A stretch of DNA of 64,000 bases from Octopus sinensis (lineage: Eukaryota). This document shows positions 12,331 to 25,554 of the stretch, in pieces; positions within the stretch are counted from its first letter, which is position 1, and each line of letters starts with the position of its first letter. The position numbers were made by a program, and so were the translations under genes. A model generated the notes under the pieces. That model was not told where the DNA came from and made no database searches. It was given only the letters and a program-made list of their open reading frames with translations. The stretch spans positions 82,584,001 through 82,648,000 of the forward strand of contig NC_043003.1 in assembly GCF_006345805.1 (NCBI RefSeq), in the 5' to 3' direction.

Positions 12331-14498
12331 ATATAGGTTTTTGAAGTCATTTTCGTATGTTTGTCATTCAATTTGATAATCGGGACATTCAAAGTCGCGA
12401 AAGAAATTGGCGCTGTGAATTCGTTTTTCGGTCATTCAATTTCGCACTTCGGTCAAAGAATTTTGCATTTATCTCATTCAAATTAAAATGCCAATCGAGA
12501 GCATTCAACTGAGTCGGAATGCGAGGAAGCGTCTTTTCGAGCATTCAAATTCATACGTGGGCATTCGAGTTCGGAATAATTCTTTTCAATTTAGCACTAA
12601 TTTTACATGCTTGTTTTTACTCACATTCTGAGAACTGAATGTTAAAAATGACATATTTAAAATACATCTTTTGTCATGCAAATTTTACTATGTTGCTATA
12701 GCTACAAGGAAAAAATAAATTACGTAATTCTTCTATCCAGAAAAGACCTTTTCATTGCAACATTCTTAACCGATCGGTATCAGTCGCATTTTATATCCTT
12801 TTCTCTTACGCCAACTTGTAATCATGGAGCTACCCGTAAGGTACATGCGTATATCAGATGAAGTAAAGGTAAGGGTGATTGGCGCCTTCAAGTGGCATTA
12901 AGCCGATTACCTGCGACTACAAGTTTCACTTGGCATTAACAGGAGTACTGCTCGATTCATAGTAGCGACCTACCTACAGTCTGGGAGGCGCCAGAAGTTG
13001 CCCAAAGGTGGTGCACACTACTTTAAGTTTGATACGGTAATGAGAGCCAGACGTGAGATGGTTATTGATATCAAGCCACTCGCAACCCTTGAACAGATGA
13101 ATAGGGACTTAGAGGCAGTATTGCCGTGAAAGCCGCCTGTTTCCGTGTCTGCAAACTCATGGGATCTAGATGGGATGTTGATAACTATAAACTTGGCCAA
13201 AGACGTCCCAAATGCAAGAAATGCCCCAAGAAATCTGGAAAAGCTTTATGATTAAGTGCATTGGTTCATAGACGAGGGAGTCATTGGTCATTGCGTATTC
13301 ATTGACGAATGTGGGTACAACATTTGGACCAGGCGGTCTTTTAGATGAGCCCCTCTAGGCGTTCCTATTCGCCGAGTTGTCACTTTTGCATTGTCGGAAA
13401 AAATCAACCTGGTTCACTACTCAATTACGAAAGGATACCGTTACACGAAACTCTTTCAAAGAGTCCGACATGTTCCCAGCGGATGAATCCATCTCCTTGA
13501 GCTACGACAACGCGCAGCTACACGCTCATGCCGAGCTCCCAGTCAACACCGACCCACTGATCAGTCTGAAACTCTTGCCTCTCTATTCACCGTTTCTTAA
13601 TTGTACAGAAATATTGCATTCTGCCTTTAAGAAGGCTGTCAGACGAGAACTCGCTCGAGCTGAGTTGCAGCAAAGGGTTGACAACAAAGGATTGTCGAGC
13701 TGATATCATGCAAGAGGTCGCAAGGCGTAACATCGGCGCAATCACACCAGGAAGTTATGTTCGTTGGTATAGACACACACAGACCTATCCCACGAGATGC
13801 CTCGACCGCCAGGAAATAGACAGCTAAGTCTTCTCAAACGAACTATCCTTATCAAGAATGTAAATCAATAATTATCTTAGTATACATAGCACTCTTTCCT
13901 CGATGAAGGGAAAATGCAAAATTAAAGAAATATATACTTTTCTCAACAAGGCATATTGTGCAAGGGAATAACACATCTCACAACATAGTGTATTCAAAAT
14001 CGAAATAACTGAGCATTTGTTGTAATTGTGATTTTCTTTAAAATGATTGAAAAAGGTTGGAATGCGATTTTATTATGTCTTTAACAATAAATACATGTAC
14101 CTAGGCAAAAATAAAAAGAATACATAAAAAAGACATGGGCATGGTAGATTGGTCAAAGCATAAACAACGGATGAAAACACATGATTATGGTAACAATGAT
14201 CATGAGATAAAACGGAAACAGCTATCGTGCTAATTGGATTGCTCGAAGTGTTAAATAGATTGCTCCAAAACGAATTTGAATGCTCGAAAAGACGTTTCCT
14301 CGCATTCCGAGTGATTTATCATTTCAACTGGCATTTTAATTTGAACGATGCAAATCCTGAATTCTTTGACCGAAACTGAATGATAGAAAAACGAATTTGT
14401 ATGTGTAAACTTTATGGCACTTATTTCTTCGCGACTTTGAATGACCCGGTTATCAAATTGAATGACAAACGTACGAAAATGACTGCAAAAACTTATAA
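12331..14498 (+). mobile_element. Tc1/IS630-superfamily DNA transposon with ~270-bp TIRs and decayed transposase
   Basis: TIRs about 12331-12600 and 14225-14498, with TA on both sides. Transposase relic ~12860-13800: LGINRSTARFIV (HTH), VFIDECGYNIW, YDNA, LPLYSPFLNCTE. Confidence 0.88.
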
Positions 14499-16100
14499 TA
14501 ACTATACCTATCTCAATATTATAATAGCGCGTGTATTGATTACTTGAAATCTTTTTCTTCTGTTCAGTTTAACCTGCAGTACCAGTCTAAATCTTGACAA
14601 ATACTCTACAGTAAATCTTTTCTCAATTTCTTTATCTATCATTTCATTCACATCTAATATGTTCAGTTATTTATACCCAAGATTTATCATTTCGTTTTAT
14701 GATTTCTCGTGATGCAATTTCTATACTGTCAAATCTGTTGTGTTTCTCTCTCGTCAGGAGTATTAATCTACGTTTTTTTAGATCAAATTCCAAGTTGATG
14801 TCCTTTCTAAAGTAATGAAGTGTGTTCCGATGAAAACTGAACTGACTTGAGTGTCTCCCTTATCGCACAGCTTGAGATCATCCAAAACTCGGTGGTTATG
14901 TTACAGGAATCATTAAAGAAGTCCCTAACTTTTGTTTGCATTTTGTTAGCTTAGTCATCCAACTTTGCATACATTTTCTCATAAAACTCCTGACAATCTT
15001 TGCAATCCCAAACACGTTCAAACATTCAATGATCCACGAAAGTAGTATGATGTCATTAGTCTAGCGCCAATCTCTCCAGGCTATTATTAAATTTGTCGTC
15101 CTTTGCTGACAATATTTATTTGCCATTTTATCTACGAGTAGCTGATCTTTAGTTCTGCAATTATCATAAAGAAATTTATATATTTCATCACTGATTATTC
15201 CATTGAGTAGCTTCTGCATCGGTGGAAGCTACTCACCAGAATAATCTGAAATTATCCACAGCATCCTTTTTGAAGCATCCTTCAAACACAGTACTGTTAT
15301 TCGAGTAGTTATCCACTCAGACATCTCTTCAATTTCGTTGATCAAAGCATTAAGATTTTCTACTATTTGTATGGCATCCTGTCAAATCTCTACCCAATAT
15401 CTCTGAAAACCAACAGATCCAGATGCTTTCCAATTGCTCATCATCCAGGTTACTTGTTGAATATTTTCTCTTTCTCTTCTTATTGTGCTTTCTTGTGGAC
15501 AAGAAACATACAACATCAAATTTTGTCATCACTCAAACGCGGCCTCTTCCTTACTCAATATCCCAATCACAACTTCATTCTACTCCTGGAATAACTTTTG
15601 GATATGTGTGTTTTATCCATTAATTCTTGATAAAATTTTTTCTGATCAATTTGAAATAATCTGCTTTTGCTTATACGACTTCACTCTTTGATCTCATCTT
15701 GCTGTATTTACACATCTCTTATGTAAAATCCCTTCTGCCTGTGTATGTGTGTTTCCTCTAGGATCTCGGACATCCTCCATCCGATTGCGCTCAAATTTGA
15801 TATGTAGATACCGACAGTATCAGGGCATGTATAAGTCTTGAGGAAATTTAAAAAATCGATTCCAGGTGAGAATGCGATAAATAAAGCCGTTTTGTCCTGC
15901 TTTTCTTCTGTCAACCTGTATATAACTGCACCTTCTATTCTGCTTAAAGGCACGTTTCTTTCCTGCCAGGATTACTGTTTAAACCATGTTTGTGTTCTCC
16001 CAGTCAACAACCTTATCATTACTGGTACTCTTCGGTTGCATATTTGTGTAAATAAAATAGTTTTTCTTTGGAATAGAAAAAAGTCTATCTTTATTTCTTC
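14499..16100 (-). mobile_element. old R4/Dong-like LINE, RT region
   Basis: SRLFQIDQKKFYQEL, WKASG, MQKLLNGIISDEIY, TKDQLLVDK, SWIIECLNVFGIA match R4/Dong RT motifs; many stops and frameshifts. Confidence 0.75.
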
Positions 16101-17499
16101 TTTTGCTGGTGTATCAAATTTAGGTTAAATCAGTGTTTCTCAAAAGGGAGGCCTATGGGACGGTCGGACAAGTTGTTTTGAGAAAATTTGGTTTAAATGT
16201 TTGACAACTCAGCACGTCCATTGGATGAGGGGAGGGCGTTTTGCTCGTATATATGTATAATTAAAAAAAAAACGTGTAGTAAATAAACAGACGAACATAT
16301 AATAAATGCACAAACGAACAGAAAACTCAGAAGGTCACCAACTCTTCCCCTGTTTATGTCAGATGTTCAAACACTATTTCGGACATTATCGAGACACCTT
16401 TACCGCTGTTTCCAGAACATCACCAGTCAAAAGTTTGAGCATGTCGAGAGGGACAATTTATGTCCACTATTAGAAATACAGTATGTTTCCTAAAATTGCC
16501 AACCTGTATTATCACACCATCAATGCGCAATGACGAAGAATAAAATTTAGAAATGAAAACCTACAAACGGCTTCTGAAACTCGAAAGAATAAAAAAAAAA
16601 AAACGAAAAACCACAAGAAAGAAAACTCAGCATAAAACAACTAGAACGGTTTACGAACAGTTTCTTGAAAACGATTGTGAAACCTCACTTTAAGAAATAG
16701 TGAATAACATGAAGATGTCGAAAAGGAAATAAGGTTCACTTTTTCTTCCAAAATCAAGCAAACAGGTAATAGAAACTTTTATGCCACAGACTTTCCAAAA
16801 AAATTTTGTTCACAAAAATCAGTTAGACTCAGAATATAAATAACAAGCAAAATACATATTATTGGTTAAATCAAAGCTAATACACAGCACAAATCTTTAT
16901 GAGTATACTTTCAACGCAAAATTAAGTTTCCGGTGTATTCAAATGTACTAGTACGCCATTTGATAAATAGTTAAATGAAGTGGGTTGAGAAGTGACATAA
17001 CTGTATTTGACCAGTGCTATTCTGTTTGATTTTCTTTAACTATATTTGTTTTAGTTGTTGTATGCTTTTCTATATATCCTTAATTATTTCAATGCACGGG
17101 TGGATATATGCATACATGTGTGTGTGTGTGTGTATAAATATACATATATATGTCAGTGGAGGTGGGTGTATAGACGAATATTGTGTACTTAGACAATTTT
17201 ACGACATCCTTCCATATATTTTAACATATTTATTACCCATTCCGTTTCATTTTCTAAAACTAGCTTTCACATACCACACGTCTAATATTTTTCCTGTGTA
17301 ACTCCGAGTAAAATTCATATTATTTTTTATCTTGAAGGTTTGAAAAACTATGATCCCTATAGTCATAATTACCACAACTTAAGGCAGATTCATCATTACC
17401 ATCACTCTGATCATCATGGTCATCATGATCATCATTAACATCATTATCATCACCATCTGTATTATTATTACTATTATTATTATTATTACTATTGTTGTT

Positions 17500-17740
17500 G
17501 TATGCTTCAGGCAATTTTCTACTGCATCAGTTGCTACAAGTCCCTATTGCTCAGATGTGTGCAGTGCTGTGTGTTCTTATTTTTCTTTTCTTATCTTTTT
17601 TTGTGGGGTTACAAACAATTATTGGTTATTGCATCAGTTCGCTTTACTATGGGTTTTGGCTTCAGTTGTTTTTATATTAGTGTTTGTAAAGTGCATTATG
17701 TGTATAATCCTTGTAATGCCATTCTGTTGCATACAGTACA
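17500..17740 (-). mobile_element. degenerate R4/Dong-like 3' end next to (TAA)n
   Basis: gcactgcacacatc (TAHI) shared with copy 1 3' end; AAT-type repeat follows on the minus strand. Confidence 0.4.
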
Positions 17741-17792
17741 TGTTATGGGTTTTTTTTTTTTGTTTATAGGATATTTAAAATGTAGATTGTGT

Positions 17793-18008
17793 AAGGCGGC
17801 GAGCTGGCAGAAACTTTAGCAAGCTGTGTGAAATGCTTACCGGTATTTCGTCTGTCTCTACGTTCTGAGTTCAAATTCTGCCGAGGTCGACTTTGCCTTT
17901 CATCCTTTCGGGGTAAATAAAGTAAGTACCAGTTGCGTACTGTGGTCGATCTAAACGAATTGGACACCTCCCCCAAAATTTTGAGCATCGTGCGTGGAGT
18001 AGAAATTA
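17793..18008 (+). mobile_element. SINE (family B)
   Basis: aaggcggcgagctggcagaa...gagttcaaattctgccgaggtcgactttgcctttcatcctttcgggg. Confidence 0.85.
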
Positions 18009-18019
18009 ATATATAGAGT

Positions 18020-18530
18020 GTGTCCTGTACTTGTGGATTATTCTATTTTGGCTGTACTATTGAATTCATAGTGTCTTGTGTATGATATAGCAAGGCTATT
18101 TTCTAGATAGTGTTGAGTGTCCAGGTATAGCTTCTTGGATTTAGTTCATAAGATTTTTTTTCTTATCGTACTTAATAGTCCAGTTATTACTAGCATCCTT
18201 TTCAGTTTCACGCCCCACATCTTAAATATTTCAATTTTGATATCTTTCTCCACTTGTTTTTGGGCAATATTTTGGTTAGAAGGTACTGGATGTATACCAG
18301 TACACTAGTGTTTATTATGTTTGAGGCTTTAGATTTCATTTCTTTGTCAGTTTGAACAAGTATATCTGAGTTGATTATTGCCTGGTCGTGTCGTGCTTTG
18401 TTTGGCACATATTTATGTTATTCTTTCTTAGGTTTTAAGCTGTAATGTTGCTATAGCGCCCAATGGATATAACTATTTACTCTTCATGTCTCTATATATT
18501 CAGCTATCGCTAGGACCGGCCAGCTGGAGA
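18020..18530 (-). mobile_element. degenerate R4/Dong-like RLE fragment
   Basis: RVNSYIHWAL*QHY, VQTDKEMK and IPG..T segments are collinear with copy 1. Confidence 0.65.
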
Positions 18531-19258
18531 TGATGTGGTCAACTGTCTCATTGAACTGGTTACACATTCTGCTTTTGGTGATAGAGCCTATTTTAACTGT
18601 TTTTATATATAGCAATATGCGTTCGGAAAATGGCTATATTTCCACTCTACAAACTACACAGTCAAGTGAAATTGAGAGAACAAGCAGAGAAAAGAACTTA
18701 ATAATTCCCAACCCAAACTAAATAAACAATAATACTAATATTTAGCGGTACTATTTCTACAACCATTACCACTAACAACAACAAAAATACTAGAGGTGCT
18801 CATGATGACGATAGCAGGAAAATACTAGCTAAGTCAAGAGGAATGTTAGTAAAAATAATCTTATTTTTAGGGTGTAATGTTCTATTACCACAGTTACTCC
18901 TACTACCAGCACCAGCACCACCACCAACAACGACAACAATAATACAGGAGATGATAATGGTGATGATGATAATTGAAATGTAAAAATCCCTGGGAAATAT
19001 TGTTTACAACATTTCTAAAAATAGCCCCAAAATTACTGCTTTCGCCTGGGTCAAACTACAGGTCTCTTGACATGTTCAACAAACCGCGACGCTAAACCAA
19101 ACACCAATCAGCTCAAGTAATTTAGTAAAATAACAAACTTATTGGTCAGAAAACAGTCTGCAAAAATTGACATTCTGGAGCCTATACAAATATTTTTAAG
19201 GCACACAGTTTAGCCATTTCACCACAACTGTAAATTGTAAAACTTAACTGTTACCACT

Positions 19259-19500
19259 GTTCTCATTCCTAAGGTATTTTTCAGTGCTATTATTATTATC
19301 ATTATTAATATTATTATTATATTATTATTATTATTATTATTCAGGTCACTACCTGCAATCCAACTCGCTTAGTAGCCCGCGCTCTTAACCACTACGCCAC
19401 ATGTCTGTTAACAACAAACAACATGAGGACAAATATCCGTCAAAAGTAAAATAATGCAAATAAGGTACATAATTCCTCATCTCTTATATATAGAACTGTG
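19259..19500 (-). mobile_element. partial copy of the tRNA-head/HHR/PLE-tail family with 5' inverted tail
   Basis: Body ttctcattcctaaggtattttt, (ATT)n, head ttagtagcccgcgctcttaaccactacgcc, then inverted tail gttaacaac...gaggacaaatatccgtc...aattcctcatctctt. Confidence 0.8.
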
Positions 19501-20177
19501 AAAATCAAAGTTGAAATTTCTTTGAGTAATATATATATATATATATATATATACATTATACAAACAAAATAATATTCAAGACGAGATGAATAGCAAACGG
19601 ACAAGGGACGAAGACGAAAACAAACACGACGGAATGTGAATATACAAACAAAATGAAATAAACAGAATAAAACATCAGTGGAAAATATGGAAAATATGGA
19701 AGAGTATTTTAAAATATTGGGGACGAAGTGACAAAATGGAGAGGACAACAAACCGTTTTGAAAGTGGGAGACAAAGGAAACACAAGCAGTTGTTTCGGCG
19801 ATCGACACCGAAAAGAAGTGGGGATGAAAGGTTACAAAGAAGACGTGTCACGTGTCAGTGGATGGAGAGAGAAAAGTGGTAGAGGGCAGAGAGAGACACA
19901 GAGAGCAGATGTATATTGTATATTGCATATATATTTCATGTTTGCCTGTTCACTTCCTGCCGTAATCGGTCCCTACATCACTTGCTCGCTAAGCATTTTG
20001 CCCGACATGTTATCCATTACTTTTAATATTAAATATGAATATTCTTGGATGATGTATCTATGTGAATCCGGGCATTCTGCTGGTGCAGTGTGGGGAACAT
20101 GTCTTGAATTTATTTGCTTAGAGTTATTGAATAATAAGTGAGAATTTGTGAACAGTACTACTGCGAGAAGCGCTTGT

Positions 20178-20530
20178 ATACTCTTTACTCTCTTTTACTT
20201 GTTTCAGTAATCTGGTTGCGGCCATGCTGGAGCAACGCATTTAGTCGAGCAAATCGACGCCAGGACCTATTCTATCGGTCTCATTTGCCGAAACACTTGT
20301 CAAGCAATGCTAGGGGAACAAACACAGACATACAAACATACACACGCATATATATATACATATATACGATGGGCTTCTTTGAGTTTCCGTCTACCAAATT
20401 CACTCACAAGGCTTTGGTCGGCCCGAGGCTAGAGTAGAAGAAACTTGCCCAAGGTACCACGCAGTGGGACTGAACTAGGGACCATGTGGTTGGTAAGCAA
20501 GCTACTTACCACACAGCCACTCCTGCACCT
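20178..20530 (-). mobile_element. SINE (family A), near full length with short internal microsatellite
   Basis: gggcttctttgagtttccgtctacc...accatgtggttggtaagcaagctacttaccacacagccac plus tail tttacttgtttcag..gcggccatgctggagc. Confidence 0.88.
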
Positions 20531-21623
20531 ATATGTAAGAATTTTGAATGCAATCACGGATGCATAGATCTATGAATAAAGACGCACATACTCACAATCA
20601 CAAATATACATGCACACACAGACAACTCAAACATATATATGATATACACACATGCATATATATAAACACACACATACATTTCCATACACGTACATGGGTA
20701 CACATACTCAAATATATCTGTCTATCATTCCTTACACAAACCATAGTCATTAAGACTCACACGTTGCTTAGTTGCTGATAATTAGGATTCTTGTATTTAT
20801 TTAATTGCTAGTTTATCGAGTTAGGTTTAATTAGCTCCCACACATTCCTTGTTTACATGGACAACTATTTTCATTATTTCACTTGCTTTTTCATTCCATC
20901 TTCGTTTATTTTTAGTAAGACATACTGAAAATAGATTTAATTTCAATAAAACATTTCACTTGCTCACATGACGAACCCAACACCCGGAACGCGTCATGGT
21001 GATCTTTGAATATATAGCTTTCTTTAATATATTTTCACTCAACAGTATTTCTTGCTTCAATGTATACACTGTGTAATTGCGAGTTTATATATGAATACAT
21101 ATAAGATTATGTACTATTACGAATATGAATATATTAATATATACATGCAGTTATATTTGCCCTTTTCCTGAATTTACTATTAAATGCTTGAAATCGTAAA
21201 ATTCTGTAATGTTTTTAATGTCACTATCTTAGATATTGCGCATATATATTCACAGCAAGCACAGAACTGGTTAATGATGTTTTCATCATATTTTACTCAC
21301 CGATTTACTTCACTTACACAATCGGTTTCATAAGACTTCTGAACGTCACTACTTGTTCTCGTTGTTTCCGAGACACTTTGCTCCAAAATGTATTATTATT
21401 TGAGTGAGGTTTCCACACTTCCATAGTTCAATGCCAGTGTTCTCGTAACCTCTTCTCCAACTAGTTATACATTTCCAAATCAATTTTGTGTAAATATCAA
21501 TGGGGTGTTTTATAAAACTCTACGGAGTTACACTACTACACATGCACATTATATATACACATTTCTTTCTCTAGCATTATCTTTCTTTCCTTATATATGG
21601 TTTCTCTTTTTAACACCTTGTGA

Positions 21624-21695
21624 CAGATTTCTTAACATTGTTTTCCATGTGCAGTCTTCAGATTTCTTAACATTGTTTTGCATGTGCAGTCTTCA
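21624..21695. repeat. 35-bp tandem duplication
   Basis: cagatttcttaacattgtttt(c/g)catgtgcagtctt twice. Confidence 0.9.
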
Positions 21696-22469
21696 CTGCC
21701 TTTATAGCCCATTCTTTTTCACTCACCATGTGAGATTTGGCTGTGTCTACGTCTCTCGAATATTTGCAGTTTTGCTGTTATAACAACGATACAGCATCTA
21801 CATTGCTTCACCTGCTATATATGGCAGCCAAATATCCTTCAAATAAGTCACTAGTGGCTTTAAAATTACGCATAAGGTATATGTAGTTCGGCACACACTA
21901 TTAACCCCAAGAAAATATTTCTATTGTTGAAATACGTTTGACCGGCGTTACCTGGAAATTAAACAATAGTATTTTTTTTCTGTGAATGTTTTCTATTTTA
22001 GTTAAATATTTTGAAGCGCTACTAAAAGCGTGCGCTTTTTATCTTTTTCTCATCTTTTTTTTCTCTGTTCTAACACCGTTCCTCACTTTCACCTCTCCAC
22101 AATAATAGTTGCTGCTACATTCCTTCAATAATTCTGGTTTTCTCGCCCTTCAGCAACTTCGTATTTCAGACTTGAGAGTCTTCAACACCATACCAGTCGC
22201 TGCCTCATCTATCCTGCCTTATCACTTTTATATCTCCTTCACTTCAAGAATTTCTTCATTTATTGACTTAAAACTGAAACAGAAATAATACAATTTTATG
22301 TTCACCCGTAGAAAAAGATAAATAGTTGAAATGTTAAATTCTTTCCGCGCCATATCAAATGTTATCAAAATTCAACTTGATAAAAATTATTCAAGGGTAC
22401 CTGTTGTAATACGGTACGTTTTCTTATACAATTTAATCTAAGTACTATTTTCGTACTTCAAAATAGAGA

Positions 22470-23280
22470 AAAATTGGGTTGAAACAGTATAAGTTGAAAT
22501 ACTACGCTTTTTATCGGAAAGAAAGTATCTGGTGGGGAAATTGGCTGATATCTTGTGGAACCTAAAACTAATATTCAGCCATATTAGTATCAGGTCGAAC
22601 CTGGATATTCACCAGCCTACTAAATGCGCCTGTATTTTTCAGATCTTGAAGCATTATTTACATATCTTACAAATATCGTGTTTGTTTAGTAAATACTTCA
22701 GACAACAATGGACGTTTTGTTGTGTTGATTGTTTAGGGAAATAATAATTTGGTTGTTCCAGTTAGTCTCATGTGCAATACCTATATTCAGATCATTAATT
22801 GTTTGGAGATAGTTCAAACTAGTTCGTAATAAATGCTCCCGTCATGTTCCAACGAATTCCACTCTCACAAGTACACGGAAAACGCCGTAGTCTTAAAAAG
22901 GACTTTTGGCATTCGAATATGTCCCAACTTCGAGTGGAGAATGGAGGTGCAAGTAAAATTGGTTGCATTATTTTATCAGCATATACGGAAACAGTAATGT
23001 CAAGTTTCCTTAATAGAAGGAGAGACACTATGTTTTGGTAAATTTTGCAAAAGAAAATATGTGCGCAAAACTGATGCACTGGATAATGAAATGAATAAAG
23101 ATGATGAGAGACGACAAATGTCTTGAAGCGTATTTCAAGCAAATATCCACGCTTCACAAATTCCCATTATCAGAAAATACTTAAATTCACGTCCATAAAA
23201 GTTGAAACAACGTTCCTATTCTGATCAGCAGTAATATGTAGGCCAGTGAATAAAGAGGGAAGAACGTCTCCATATGTAAT
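22470..23280 (-). mobile_element. highly degenerate mariner relic
   Basis: VSLLLLRK, GSIYYEL and a ccccaccagatactttctttccga segment resembling APSDYFLFR appear in mariner order; TIR-like ttgggttga near 22473. Confidence 0.4.
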
Positions 23281-23311
23281 GCTTTCTACTATAAGCAAAA
23301 GTCTTGACATT

Positions 23312-23450
23312 TTGAGGAGGGTGCTTGTCGATCATGTCGGCCCCAGCAGTCAACTAGTACTTATTTTATCGACCGCGAAGGAATGAAAGGTAAATTTGAC
23401 CTTAGTGGTATTTGAACTCAGAACGTAAAGACGGACGAAATGCCGCTAAG
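23312..23450 (-). mobile_element. SINE (family B) fragment
   Basis: tacttattttatcgaccgcgaaggaatgaaagg...tttgaactcagaacgtaaagacggacgaaat. Confidence 0.75.
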
Positions 23451-25402
23451 CTATATATGACACACGAAATACTAAGGCGACTTGTTGTAGACAAAGTGAC
23501 AATGGCATCTAATTGATGTTACCTGATAAAATATTTTGTTTGAATCGAAAACTGAATTGATGCAACGTTGAATTTTTCTTTGATAACTTGTCTGTTCCAA
23601 CAGGAATTGTAGCAATTTGAAATTTATCCCACTGTGAAGTAGACTGAAAAGCTTATGCTTGCGTACTAAAAATCAATGTTTTCAGAAATCTATCTAAGCC
23701 TCAATAGAATCTGCTTCCGAAGGAATATATAATCTTTAGATCTATGATAGTGTTGATAGAAATTTCTCATATTGCTACTATCTGTTAGTTTAACAGGCAA
23801 TAGTATTGTCAATTGAATCAAAGTCAAGAGCGCTGAGAAAAAGAGCTGAGTCCTCTTTCTTTTATTAAGGTAAATCTCATAACATTGAGGAACGCAATGA
23901 AATACTGTGATTTCTTTATTTACCATTTCACCATTTCTACTAGTAAATCAATGTCCGTGATATTTTGAACTCAGAGCTTTCTGAAATATAATTTAATTCA
24001 GTGTTTATTGTTTCTCTCAGCGGGATTACAGCATAGTAGAACGAAAATAAATGTTGCAATTTGCTGGTTCCGTGTTTTTCTGTTTTTGCCATTAATACGA
24101 AATGTAGTTTAAAGGCTGAAGCGAGAGAATGAGAAAGATACAATTCAGTCAGGTTTACACCTATCATTCAGTTTTATGCACCGTCAGCTGACTATCATTT
24201 GGCCTTACCGTGCGGATAAGTGCTTCACATTTTCAAATTTGAGGTCTAAGCAACGATTCGGGACATCATAGATAGGTGTCTTTTAAAATATTCTCATGTC
24301 AACTGAAGCATTGTCGGTGACAGAAATTCAAAGAGAGTAGTCTTATCAGAAAATGACACTCATTTTGTCTGAAGATTAACTTAAACTAAGAAGTGTATCT
24401 AAGATATTCAGACACACTAAAATTATTCCATGTGTGCTTCATCCAATTAATCTAACAACTGAAAAATTCATTCATCGAAACCGACGGAAGATCCCTGATT
24501 TATATTTACTACTTTTTTCACTTGGCAATTAAAGTTTGTATCTTCTATAATTTCGCTTCAATAAATACGTTATTGTTATGGTTCGCCATGATACTTGACT
24601 CATTCAACATATACGTAGAGTTGACTTTTCGGAATTTTATTGAACGGTTTATGATACATGTGGCTTGTCGGAAACTGTTTCTGACTAACAAAACTAGTAT
24701 ATTTTACTCACACCTGGCAATGTTAAATATTTCCTTTTATCTATTTTACTAGCTGTTTTTTCCCCATTTCTTACATGTACGTTTTTTTCCCTCCGTTATA
24801 CTTGCTGCTTTTCAAAGTTTTAATATTGAACAATTCGCTTGAATGTGTTTTCTGTAGATATGTTTTCTATTTCATTTACTTATGCTTCCAAGCAAAGTTT
24901 TATGATCTCTGGTATGTGGTTAGAGTATTTATGTATGCAAGAATTGCGGAAACATATTACAATGTAAGGCTCAATATAAAGATAAATATTTTTAAGAAAT
25001 ACTACTGGCAGCAGATTAAAAAAAAAGAATGAACATGATATGAAGACTATTAATAGAATAAATTTTAATATTCAAACATAAAATTATAAATAATATGTAA
25101 AAACAAGCACATATAGTCAACACGCTTAAACGATTTAGCTAAGTGATAAAACATTGTAAGTTGGGGATTTATACACTGAAAAGTAGGTTATTTAAAATTC
25201 AACGAAGTAAAAAGTTTAACTCTATGAAAAAAGGTAGCTTATAAAAAGAAATTACGTAGAATCAAACTGTTTGTTTCTCCATTATTTCTGCGTGCTTTGC
25301 ATTTATGTACTTTCAGACACAATCATGCAAAAGTAGATTTTTTTAAAAATGTATTCGTGCACAAGCATATGTTTACATTTACACACACACACACACACAC
25401 AT

Positions 25403-25447
<45 letters not shown>

Positions 25448-25523
25448 TTTATATATACTTGCACTCATGCAGATATGTGTACGAGTGTCCGTATATGCAT
25501 ATATATGTGAATGTTTATGGATT

Positions 25524-25554
<31 letters not shown>

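Noticed and set aside
19775-19815. tttcgg...ccgaaa hairpin as a possible HHR
   Set aside because: No CUGANGA-like core at the required position.
22819-23157. 112-aa ORF considered as a GPCR or chemoreceptor fragment
   Set aside because: No receptor motifs; the region fits a decayed mariner better.
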